The notes below the pieces were generated by a model. The model made no database searches and was not told the origin of the DNA. It saw only the letters and a list, made by a program, of their open reading frames with translations. From the NCBI GenBank assembly GCA_037379345.1, contig CM074520.1:8804001-8868000 (forward strand): DNA of 64,000 nt, given 5' to 3'. The DNA is from Perna viridis (Eukaryota). This document shows positions 43,101-53,355 of this stretch, piece by piece (the first letter of the stretch is position 1; each line of letters starts with the position of its first letter). Both the position numbers and the translations under genes were made by a program.

Positions 43101-46100
43101 GAGGGTAATCTCGGACAATCCGAGGGTAATCACAGACAATCCGAGGGTAATCTCGGACAATCCAAGGGTAATCTCAGACAATCCAAGGGTAATCACGGAC
43201 AATCCGAGGGTAATATGATCTCAGACAATCCGAGGGTAAGATTTAATCATTTTCGAACAAGGTTCTACCGAGTTAGAAAACCATTATAGAGGACGAAGTC
43301 ATAGCTTGGAAGCACTGAGAGTCTGATTTCAGTCTGACAGGAAGTCACGTCTTTCGGAGTTTCCCAAACAAAGTTCTGTATTTTCGTAATCCGGTTCCCT
43401 GGTCAATATCATAAGCAACACTATAGTTTGTAATTTATTGGTAGTGTAGGATCGCTAAAAATATAGACTCAGGTCACCAGCGACGGATATGCACAATATA
43501 TGAGTAAATTGCCGCGTATGTTATTTAAAAATAAAGACAAAGATGAGATTACCTGAATTAATTTTATAATTGTGCATTTATATCGAAAGATGATATAAGT
43601 AGACCCGGGGTTATATTCGAGAGAAACTTGTGGAACGAAAATATTACCCGGGCTTCCAGGTTATGTATTTTCGTATCTTTTCACTAAAAAGCGTTTATAA
43701 CTGTGCATTTATACCAAAAGATGTTATAAAAAGTTTGAAAAAAATATTTAAAGGTGTTTTTCTTTAGATTTGAATATTAGAACGTATAAAAATAAATAAA
43801 ATAACGTCATAATCGTTCAGACAATCAAGAGGCAGAAGACATCACTGGTGATCCGGGGTTATATTTGAGAGAAACTTTTTTTTCGTTTCCGACATGCCAT
43901 AAGAATAGGCATTTCTGGCTTTAGCAAAAATAAAATAAAATAAAAATAAAAACAGAAAAAAAATCCGAAGTATGAACACTAAGTAATACCCTTCTCACTA
44001 ATAAGCGACAAGAACCACCAATTACCGAGAAAAAGCGACAAGCGGGGAAAGTATATGAATATATCGATATATCAACATCGTCCTCTAACAGGTTACATCG
44101 GCTACATGTTATCTTACACAAGGGTGTCTGATATTTCTCGCCCAAGAGAAAAGCTTGCGTTTGATTCGTTTTATTTTCCGATCAAACGTTTGAATTAAAA
44201 TTACCTACATTTAACAGCTAATCATGCCACATCAAGGTGGCCAATGATACGTCATAACCAGGTATAAAATATCAGTCACTGAATATACATAACCAATCAC
44301 AGATTATTCTCAATAAAATCATTATTTTAAAAGAGTTTTCAGAACATATTGGGATATGATCGTTCACAATCTCGTTATTTGACGTACTATTTTTATGGGA
44401 AAACGCACGTGTTTTGTCTATAGCCATGTGAGATTTCCTTCATCCACATCGTTTGTGACGTAACAATAAAACGTTTCCAGGAAATCAGGCAATCAATTTC
44501 TTACAGTGAGTAAAAAAAAGAAATTCCAACACCGCCAGAAATTGCAAGACAGAGAAATCTCAGATACCCTCGTGTAAGATTTCAATATTCGCTAAGCCTC
44601 GTTAGAGAATATGAAATTTTACCCTTGGGTGTGTGAGATTTCTGTGTCTTGCACTCTCGACGGTGCGGAATGGTAACGGATTTTTCGGGATTTTTTCTGT
44701 GTTGCCGGACTAACGGGGATCAGTAAGTAAACGAAGTTTAGTTAACCGAAACACTACAAATAAAACTGAATGAACGATAATAAATATCATTTGGGCCAAT
44801 TTACAACACAATAAAGTATAATCATGTTTTCCATTTGGTATGTTTTATCCAAAAGCATCCTCAGGCACACCTAGAAATTTGCACAAAACTGGAATTCACA
44901 CTAAAAATTTCGCTGCAAGTTGAGAATTTCGACATTTTTTTTTCGATTTCTTTATACTAAAACTATATAAAATGACTATTTGGAAAGCGATTATCAATTC
45001 AATTTAATTTGAAAATAAACCCTTATTGGAACATTAACAGCAGAAGAAAATGAGATACAAATGATTCCTTAAATTTTCATAGCATTTAATTAAGATTGTG
45101 TTTACCGTGAAATGTTTTAATTTTTACAATAACTAACACACGTAAAAGCATCAGAAAGATATTTGTTGACGTTAGGCCCGCCATCATCCAACCAAGTAAA
45201 TGATAACTGCATCAGAGAGAGATTGATTGATAAATTGATTGGTGAACTACCAAAACTTTCCTGCATTGAACTTCCCCTTTTTACCTCTCAATGTCACGTT
45301 TTGTCGTCACAAAGGCCTTGCTCGTTAAACAAGCTGCTTTGCGATTTAGAATTGTAAACTGCCGCAAACCAAGTTCTTTCGAAATAAGAAAAATTCCCTA
45401 TAATTCAACTTCTGGTGTATGACAAACAATATATTAAGAATGGATTCGTAATCAAGACGTTATATCGTTTTGGATTATTTGAATTGCTGAGTTAATGACG
45501 TCATAGTACCAGTCCAGGTAGAGAGCCAATAATTCAGAAAGTTTGTTAAAAATCTTTTTTTTTTAATAAATTTAAATTAAAAAATTATTTCATGCATGAA
45601 TGGCTGTCGGAAATGAAAAACACGTACGTATTTCGCATTTTTCGCAGTAGTACGTGGGCTGAGATAACCTTCTGTGCACCCCCATTCATTAACCAAAATA
45701 TGATTTCCAGGTATCCTACTACCTCCCATTTACGAATATTTTTGTCGCAAAAAAATAAACTGAAGCATTTTTGTAATTTTGGCTACTTTTTATACCCCAT
45801 TGAGGCAAAAATCAGTTTTTAAAGTTTTTTTATTCTACGAACTTTTTCTTTCTAGAGAACGAAGTAAACGCACATATGTATGCTTCATCATGTAGCCCAA
45901 TGTCTCGGCTTTATAATAATACCATGAAAGATGTGGTAACAATTAGGGTTTTGCGGTAAAATGAAAAAGAAATGTACCCCTACCCGGCCGAAAAATCGCT
46001 TAAATTTACATATTTTTCAATGTCAAAACCCCTAGAGTATTAATGTTTCAGTAAGGAATGGCTTATTTGGAATCTTCTGTTTAGTATTGTCACAATTTAT

Positions 46101-49100
46101 ACTTCTGGGGTTCTTTCGATGAATTTTGTCGATTTTCGTAGTGAGATATTATACCAAAAAAAATGCAAAAAAATGGGATTTTTCGATTTTTCGGTCAAAA
46201 CTCACATAAATTCGACTCTACAAATTATTGCTGAACTAAAACGTCTCGAATTTGGTATCACTCGATAGATAATTTAATTTACTACATACATAAACCACGA
46301 AAACCTAATTTTCAAGAAAGAATTTTCAAAAAATATTAAAAATATTATCCCTACCCCTAGAAAACTGGACTCAGTATCAAACAGAATTCTCATTCACAGC
46401 ATACCAACACCGTAAAACTCATATTTCAGTAATTCATAATTAAGATTATGATGTTCTCAATATATCAGATCAAATAAGGCGCTTTGATTTTCTTTTTAGG
46501 GTAACAATTACTATAAAATGGTAAAAAAAGGAATTTTCAGAATTTCACAATTTCTTCTATATCACCCGTTATTTCCTTTTTCAGTAGTTTAATCAAGCTT
46601 TTGTGCGATACGGTACATTAATATAGTATTGAAGCTTCAAAATGAGCCCAAGTAATAAATATTCGAACTTTTCTAAGTCAAGTTAGGTGAAAAATTGCCA
46701 CCTCTATCAGTGAAAACAATACCTCAACATGAACTAAAATTTTAATTTTTGGCAAATAAACGGGTGTACAATAGACATGTTGGATACTATTGTTTTGATT
46801 ATCGATATATACAACATATCTTCTAATTTCAGGCGCACATTTTTCAGTTTCAATGTGACAATAATGTGTTTTTCATAAAAAGGGGAATTTTCGGAATTTC
46901 ATATTTCCTTCCATTTCACCTAAAATTAGCAATTTTTTTTTCAAATACCGTACTTCAAATAAGGTTTTGTATATTCAAATACAATTATATAGTGTCTTAG
47001 CTTTGTAATGAGCCCGAGTAATAAATGTCTTAACTCCAAATAGGTGAAAAATTGCCACCCTTACCCATGAAAAGAATATATATAGTTCACCTATTTGGAC
47101 TTGGAAAAGTTCAAATATTTATTACTTGGGCTCATTAAAAGGCTAAGACACTATATAAATGTATTTGAATATACAAAAGCTTGTTTGAAGTACGGTATTT
47201 GAAAGAAATATCCAATTAAAGGTAAAATTGAAGAAAATGTGAAATTCCGAAAATTCCCCTTTTTATGGAAAAACTCATTATTGTCACATTGAAACTGAAA
47301 AATACGCGCCTGAAATGAAAAGATTATTATATTCAATATATAGATAATTAAAACAATAGTACCCAACATTGTCTATTGTACACCGTTTATATGCCAAAAT
47401 GAACATTTTAGTTAATGTTGAGGCATTTTTTTCATGGGTAAGGGTGGCAATTTTTCACCTAACTTGACTTGGAAAAGTTCGAATACTTATTACTTGGGCT
47501 CATTTTGAAGCTAAGACACTATTACAATGCACCGTTTCACACAAAAACTTGTTTAAAGTACGGTTTTCTGAAAAAAGACAGTATCGGGTGAAAATTCCCA
47601 TTTCCGATTTTATAATAAGTGTCACCCCAAAAGGAAAATCTACGCGCCTGAATTGAAAAGATATATTTGGAACATCATTATCTTAATTATAAATGCCTAA
47701 AATATGAGTTCTACGATGTTAGTATGCTATGATGAGAATTCTGTTTGATACTGAGACCAGTTTTCCAGGGGTAGGGGTAATATTTTAAACATTTTTTGAA
47801 AATCTTTTCTTAAAAATTAGATTTTCGTGGTTTATTTATGTCGAAAATTAAATTATCTATCGATAGATACCAAATTTGAAACGTTTTAGTTGAGCAATAA
47901 CTTGTAGAGTCGAATTTATGTGACTTTTGACCGAAAAATCGAAAATCCCATTTTTCGCATTTTTGATAAATTCTGACTACGAAAATCTCCTAAATTTATC
48001 AAAAGAACCCCAGAAGTATAAATTGAATTGTGATAATACTAAACAGAAAATACCAAATAAGCCATTTTTTTTACTGAGGAATAAAAAGTCTGGAGGTTTT
48101 GACAATTTAAGCGATTTTTAGGCAGTGTAGGGTACATTTTTTTATTTTATCGCAAAACCCTAAGAGTTGTCGCAACTTTCTTGTTACCATTGCAAAGCTG
48201 TGACATTGCGCAACACGATAATATCTAAATTTATTTAGTTTGTTTACACATGCTATCTCAGGATTGTTTAGACGGTCAAACAATTGAGTCACAAAAATCT
48301 TGGCTTTTTTAACAAGTGGCTTATACTGAAAAAGAATCCGAGAATATTCTTTGGCGACAAATTGATTCGGTAATGGGGGATATAAAGGTACCCAAAAATC
48401 ATCACAAAGTTGATGAGTGGGGGAGGGGTGCATGGTGGACCCTCCCAGCCCATGGACTAATTTGAATAGTTATGAAAAAAAAACACCCATTGTCATTATC
48501 TAAACATCTTTTGAAATCTTCTTGTTGGCGTTCGAGGAATAGGTAACATATAAAATGTTGGCATTCGAGGAATACACCCTCGCACAATCGCGTTGGTTGA
48601 GACATGACATAAAACATTTAAGTACAAATCGTTAGCTCCAACATAGAAACTGCCATAAATAATATTAAGAGACACCTAGTTAAATTAGTTTGAAAATTAA
48701 GCTTGACACATTGTCAAACGCCAAGAACGTAAAATTTAATCTGAAGTTACATAGCTAGAATGTGCATAAAATTTTAAAGCAATCATACGCTACTAACATA
48801 CAAGTACACTGAAAATATAACTACCCACTATCACTGGTAATCGGGAGAATACTGGATATCCCTATCCACGCAAATGATCGTACTTCTAAAGCCACGTGGT
48901 TTAGCATCAGTTATTCCACGTGTCACTACAATTATGCTTAGTAAGATGATTCCGATGATTTCTTACTTGATTCTTGTTGTTGAAATAAGAAAAAAAATAA
49001 ATCACAAAAAGAAAATAAGACGATCCTGATTCCAACTAAGCACTATAAAGCTGTTCTTTGAAGTCAGAGAGTTTTTATCTCCATGAATACATACCTGGCT

Positions 49101-51399
49101 AGCTTTGTCCTTAACGACTAATATTTCTTTTGTATCGTCTCGATAAACCATTCCTAGAAAACATAATTCATATCATGAATCGAATATTTCCAAGGTAAAC
49201 TATTTTTTCTTACATTTGTTTAATTACTTTAAGAGATGATATATCTTGGTTATGAAGAATCTGCAGCTGCTTTACAATATGTGAAAGAAACAGGAGTAGA
49301 CGTAAAACTAGCGCTGAAAATTCCACATCATTGAATGAAAACGATAGATTACCTGACACTCCGATTTGGTGAGTCGCAAACATCGGTGTTTTGTCTTCAG
49401 TGTTGGGTTTAAGCCATAACTTGAGAAGTGACATCTGGTGTTCAGCATGGTGAAATTCAAACCCGAAGTCGGCGGCTGTAGATATAAACTGACTTTTGTG
49501 TATTGGTACTTTCATCCATATACATGATCTGTCTTCAGAACGCCATGTTTGAAGATTATCTGTTAGAATAATAGAAGAAAGCCCTTAATTCCTAAATGGT
49601 TCCAGTCGCAACCTTGAAAATCAATCCCAACTTTCTTTTTGGATATATAGTATTTTGTGGTAGAATTTCAAAGAGATCAATTCCCTTTTACCCCAATTTA
49701 TTATCCATAAATCGGAAATAAATGTTATTTCTGCCCCCTTTGTGACCCCAATTGGCTCAAGTCACAAACCTGAAAATCACAGTCTCCTTTTAAAGTTATG
49801 ACACCTAGTAGTACAAAAAAGAGATTCATCCACTTTAACTTAAGTAATTGTCTGGAAATCCTGAAAACGCTTGTTTCTGGCCCAGTTGATCCCTAATTCC
49901 GACAGTTTAAAGTTATAGCCCCAACAATTAATCCAAACCTTCCATTGATCACACCTTGTGGTACTGTCAATAAAGGTCCAATTACTTATAGTCACGTTAT
50001 TGTCTAGACATTGGGAAAATGCTTGTTTTGGGTCCGTTTTTGGCCCTTAATTCCTATACGGTTAAAGTTTTAACCCCCAAAATCGATTCTATACCGAGTT
50101 CTATACCTATGTGGTATAGAATATTGTAGAGCAAAATTATAGACATCCATATATTCGACTGGAGTTACATAGTTAATTTCTATGAAAAGCTTGTTTTTGG
50201 TCCTAATTCCAAAACTGTTAGGGCCATAACTCCCAAAATCATTACCAAGGTTTTGGAACCTTGTCATAAAATTATAATTATATATATAAATTATCATATC
50301 AAATAACCAATATTCATGCTATCGCAAGAAAACCAAGTGTCTACAGACGACATAGATGACAGAGCCATACCATTGTACGACCGAAAATGTCTTGTGGTCG
50401 TATAAAAGTTCAAATACACAGAAAACTTTAAATGACCATCCAAATAATCATACGAATCTATCCCACAAAATCGTGACATCCACTTCCGGCATTCGGAATT
50501 GATAGATTAGACTAGCACCATATAATCTATCCAGTATAATGCAGCCATTCAACAACACTACTATATACATGTTGTAAAAGCTAGCTAACTAAACAAGACT
50601 TAAAATTCCAAATAGTTTGCATACTTACTATTCAATAAAGTTGCGAGAAACACAGCTTAAGTAGATAGAGGACGAAGTTAACAAGGTTTCAGTCTGCCAG
50701 GAAGCCACGTCTTTCGGGTCTTCCTCACAAAAAGACTTTTACGATATAGTCATCAATAATTAAATTATTTAAATTCAGAAACTTTTTTTCCGTTTCCAAC
50801 ATGCCCAGAGAGTCTGAAGTACGGACACCAAGTAAAACACCGGTCTCACTAATTAGCGACAGGAGGTGTGAAGAAGCGTCAAGAAGTGACAAAAAACCAT
50901 CAAGATGTCTAGAAAAAAAACGACAAAAGGGGAAAATAATGACAAGAAGATTTAAAAAATTATCTATATATTAAACTCCATCCTCTTACAGGTTACACCT
51001 CCTTCATATTAACTTAGCAGGACCACCTTTGGGAGAAATAGTGATTGAAAACATGGCTTCCATACCATTTAAAGAAGTTCTAAATTCATTATCTGTACAT
51101 TCTAGCTGGGACAGGTCTACAGTTACGCCGTTATATTTGTCCACAGCACCGATGAGGTTTGGTTTGTAAAATGAACCAAGATTTCGTTGAGAGCAGCGTG
51201 ATTTCTTAAACGATGCAATCAACAGGTCACAGTTTGGCGGAAGAGGTCCACAGTTGAGGTATCTAGTCGATCGAGGTAGATGTGTATTTGACACAGATCT
51301 TTGTATCTGGCTTTGGAGCATTGGTAGTTTGAACCTCTGGAATACTTTAATACATGACAGGTGTTTCAGCAAACAGTAAGAGCAGGTTCGACCAGTCAT
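33819..51399 (-). CDS. NUDT6: NUDT6-like Nudix hydrolase, 6 coding exons (51066-51399, 49353-49559, 49095-49153, 41771-41822, 40464-40511, 33819-34144), 341 aa
   Basis: Exon lengths 334+207+59+52+48+326=1026 nt. All introns are GT-AG with matching phases (1,1,0,1,1). The spliced protein contains DKYNGV, W...IWMKVP, GFEFHHAE...LWL...[47 protein letters not shown] (Nudix box GX5EX7REUXEEXGU) and FRQQH..PGAFGRSDLFIVCRL, which are characteristic of NUDT6. Confidence 0.93.
35340..36405. repeat. ~35-bp minisatellite with variant units, preceded by a decayed T-rich region from ~34800
   Basis: Consensus ggaacatgtgttacttggtgttacca(g/t)tgtttct. Confidence 0.93.
37672..37848. mobile_element. Short MITE with AGGGGCGGATCCAG-type TIRs (PIF/Harbinger-like)
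   Basis: TIRs agtggcggatccag ... ctggatccgcccct, with internal G-rich/C-rich complementarity. Confidence 0.7.
38470..39230. repeat. Degenerate 50-60-bp minisatellite, ~13 copies
   Basis: Consensus aaatattagaggggcgtagcatagatgctcctttgagaggatccacacaact. Confidence 0.85.
40464..40511 (-). CDS. NUDT6: NUDT6 exon 5 ([16 protein letters not shown])
   Basis: Acceptor tttag|, donor G|gtttg; REUXEEXGU core of the Nudix box. Confidence 0.92.
40878..41752 (-). mobile_element. Non-autonomous Helentron-like element (HINE/DINE-1/pearl type)
   Basis: Subterminal inverted GCTCACCTGG (~40905) / CCAGGTGAGC (~41740), terminal hairpin GGCTCCTAGGAGCC, (GAC)n microsatellite, internal ~325-bp duplication and A/T-run ends. 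Confidence 0.8.
41771..41822 (-). CDS. NUDT6: NUDT6 exon 4 ([17 protein letters not shown])
   Basis: Acceptor tttcag|, donor G|gtgtgt; first half of the Nudix box. Confidence 0.92.
42956..43239. repeat. 21-bp tandem repeat, ~13 copies
   Basis: Unit gggtaatc(a/t)c(a/g)gacaatcc(g/a)a. Confidence 0.95.
43288..44100 (+). repeat. Dispersed repeat; shorter, internally deleted homologue at ~50666-51000
   Basis: Shared blocks in the same order: agaggacgaagt...tttcagtctg.caggaag.cacgtctttcgg; gaaacttttttt.cgtttcc.acatgcc; tcctct.acaggttaca. Confidence 0.65.
44523..44671. repeat. ~150-bp imperfect palindrome (probable small non-autonomous DNA element)
   Basis: Arms attcc...tgcaagacagagaaatctca...aatattcgctaa / ttagagaatat...tgagatttctgtgtcttgca...ggaat around a gcctcg loop. 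Confidence 0.75.
45890..48210. mobile_element. Large foldback (inverted-repeat) element with internal ~355-bp subrepeats, in NUDT6 intron 3
   Basis: Arms of ~1.1 kb are reverse complements around a ~37-bp spacer (47049-47085). Examples: tccaaataggtgaa/ttcacctatttgga; ttttcggtcaaaactcacataaattcgactctacaa/ttgtagagtcgaatttatgtgacttttgaccgaaaa; ttagggttttgcg/cgcaaaaccctaa. The outer ends are uncertain. Confidence 0.85.
49095..49153 (-). CDS. NUDT6: NUDT6 exon 3 (GMVYRDDTKEILVVKDKASQ)
   Basis: Acceptor ttctag|, donor CAG|gtatgt; phase 1 to 0. Confidence 0.92.
49353..49559 (-). CDS. NUDT6: NUDT6 exon 2 (DNLQTWRSEDRSCIWMKVP...ATHQIGVS)
   Basis: Acceptor aacag|, donor G|gtaat; conserved FHHAE and ATHQIGV motifs. 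Confidence 0.93.
49581..50406 (-). mobile_element. Degenerate HINE-like element with internal tandem units
   Basis: Recurrent gcccttaattccta / aaaatcaatcccaac / aaaatgcttgttt units and a terminal hairpin tacgacc...ggtcgtataaaa. Confidence 0.55.
50666..51000 (+). repeat. Dispersed repeat homologous to 43288-44100
   Basis: Same three sequence blocks in the same order. Confidence 0.6.
51066..51399 (-). CDS. NUDT6: NUDT6 exon 1 (MTGRTCS...DKYNGVTVDL...RTSLN), includes a putative mitochondrial presequence
   Basis: ATG at 51399 and donor G|gtatg at 51066. The start codon is less certain because there is an in-frame Met further downstream. Confidence 0.85.
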
Positions 51400-51563
51400 A
51401 TTATATAAGGTCAATATAAAAATCCTTCTGTTTACTTCTCTCAAGTCAAACCTGTGATATAAATTAATAATATCAGGTAACCATAGAATTTTGCTAGTAT
51501 AATAAACCTCTCATTTTCAGGCAAAAGCTTTCGTTCTCATTTAAGTCTACATGTATGGCGCGA

Positions 51564-51896
51564 TATCAGGGTCAAACATACATTTGTACATGTACTTACT
51601 TATGCATTATTATACTAAATTCGATTCATACACTTATTAAAATCGAAAACTGTACATGCTTAAATATTTTAGCAAAGGCAAAATTCTAATTATGCCTATG
51701 CTTAAATATTTATGCTGTATGCATAATTAATTAAGCATAGGCAAAATTCGAATTAAGGATATGCATAAACAATAAAGCATATGCAAAATTCGAATTAAGG
51801 ATATGCATAAACAATAAAGCATATGCAAAATTAAATTCAATCATATGCATAAATCGAATTAAGCATATGCCTAAATGCTTATTTTTTACCCTGATA
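51564..51896. mobile_element. MITE with internal AAGCATATGC repeats, upstream of NUDT6
   Basis: TIRs tatcagggtcaaacatacattt ... aaatgcttattttttaccctgata, with an internal ~42-bp duplication. Confidence 0.7.
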
Positions 51897-53355
51897 CCGA
51901 TGCTGAGAAGTCAGTGTGAATATGTTAGTTCTATCAGCTTATGAGATATTCACTCAAAATAATAACGCAACATAAAAATAAGCAGACAACGATATAATGG
52001 ATAGCTGTAACACATCAAAATAAGCTATTTCGTATTCATAAAATGTCAAATCTTAATGAAAAATCAACAAATTAAAAAAAAATAATTCGCGTCAATACTA
52101 AAAATGCAGTTTTCATTTTCTAAAGATTTGCATGGAATTAAAAACACTAATGAAAGGAGAAAAACTACGTTGTTCTTACGATTAATAAGTTTGTACCAAA
52201 ACAAAATTGTTGTTATTATTAACGTTTTCATTCCAAAACCTTTTCAAATCGTTAATAGGCCTTCTTCTATCATTTACAAATGCATAAAAAAAATAAAATA
52301 TCCGATAAAGACATGAAAGATAAACATTAAAATGCGCGAATTCGCACTAACGTAGGCCTATCGATAAAGTTGCAGTGGCACTGAGTTTATGAAACCACCG
52401 CTTTGCAAACTATACAGTAAGGACTTTAATAGATACAGAAAACAGGTACATATATAAATGGGTACACTGTTTTCTCTCTACAATCCTACCCATGTAGGCC
52501 TTTTTGTTCTTATACTAAACGGCTATGTCAGCAAAAAATAACACATTTTCAAGAAAGGAACTATCCCTTTCAAGATCTCATATTTTAAATCATAATGTAG
52601 TAACGCTACACATGCTTCACGATATCGTTCTTACCTTGCAATAACTTGGAAGAAAAGTTAAACATTAAATGCTACGTAAAGTGAATTTCTGAATGAAAAT
52701 GAAAACATAAACAACAAAGACCTAAATAGTGACCTTAGTGACTAAGTCGACCCTGAAATCTGTCGCCCCTCTCGTATCTCAATGCATCAAAAAGAAGAAT
52801 TATGTAATGTAAACAGGCCATAGATTACATTTTCTTTCTACATTACATGATTTTAATTTGCACAATCAATCCGTATCCTGATAATTATGTCTGATCATCT
52901 TCTCGAGCTAAGATATTTGAGCAAGTTACATGTAATGAGAAACGCCGGGTAATTGAGCATTATACTTAAACTTTATAGCTCAAGCTGTCTTAAATCTATA
53001 CAATTTTAATCTACAACACAAAGTAAGTTTGTACGACACATTTGATTTGGTCTTGTCGTCGGTAATGACAATTAAATATCAATTATAGATACTCTAAGAC
53101 AATAGTTTACTCTTCCGTAAAAAAAGTTGTATAGAAAATTTACAATCTTTAAACATATACAACTAAGGTGGAATTTACCATTTATTTTACTTGATTTTCG
53201 TGTCATGTTACATTGGGTCGATAAGAAAAGAATTAAAGGCCTGATTTTAATGTCATCAAATCTAACTTGTGTGTGTTTAGGAATGGAGTGCATTTTAGAT
53301 CATTTTAGGACGGAATGAAGTTTAAAACTTGTCTGTTCCTTGTTCTTATGTAGAA

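Noticed and set aside
42870-43202. 110-aa ORF of (LSEITLG)n heptads
   Set aside because: Translation of a 21-bp tandem repeat, with a non-ATG start and no splice context.
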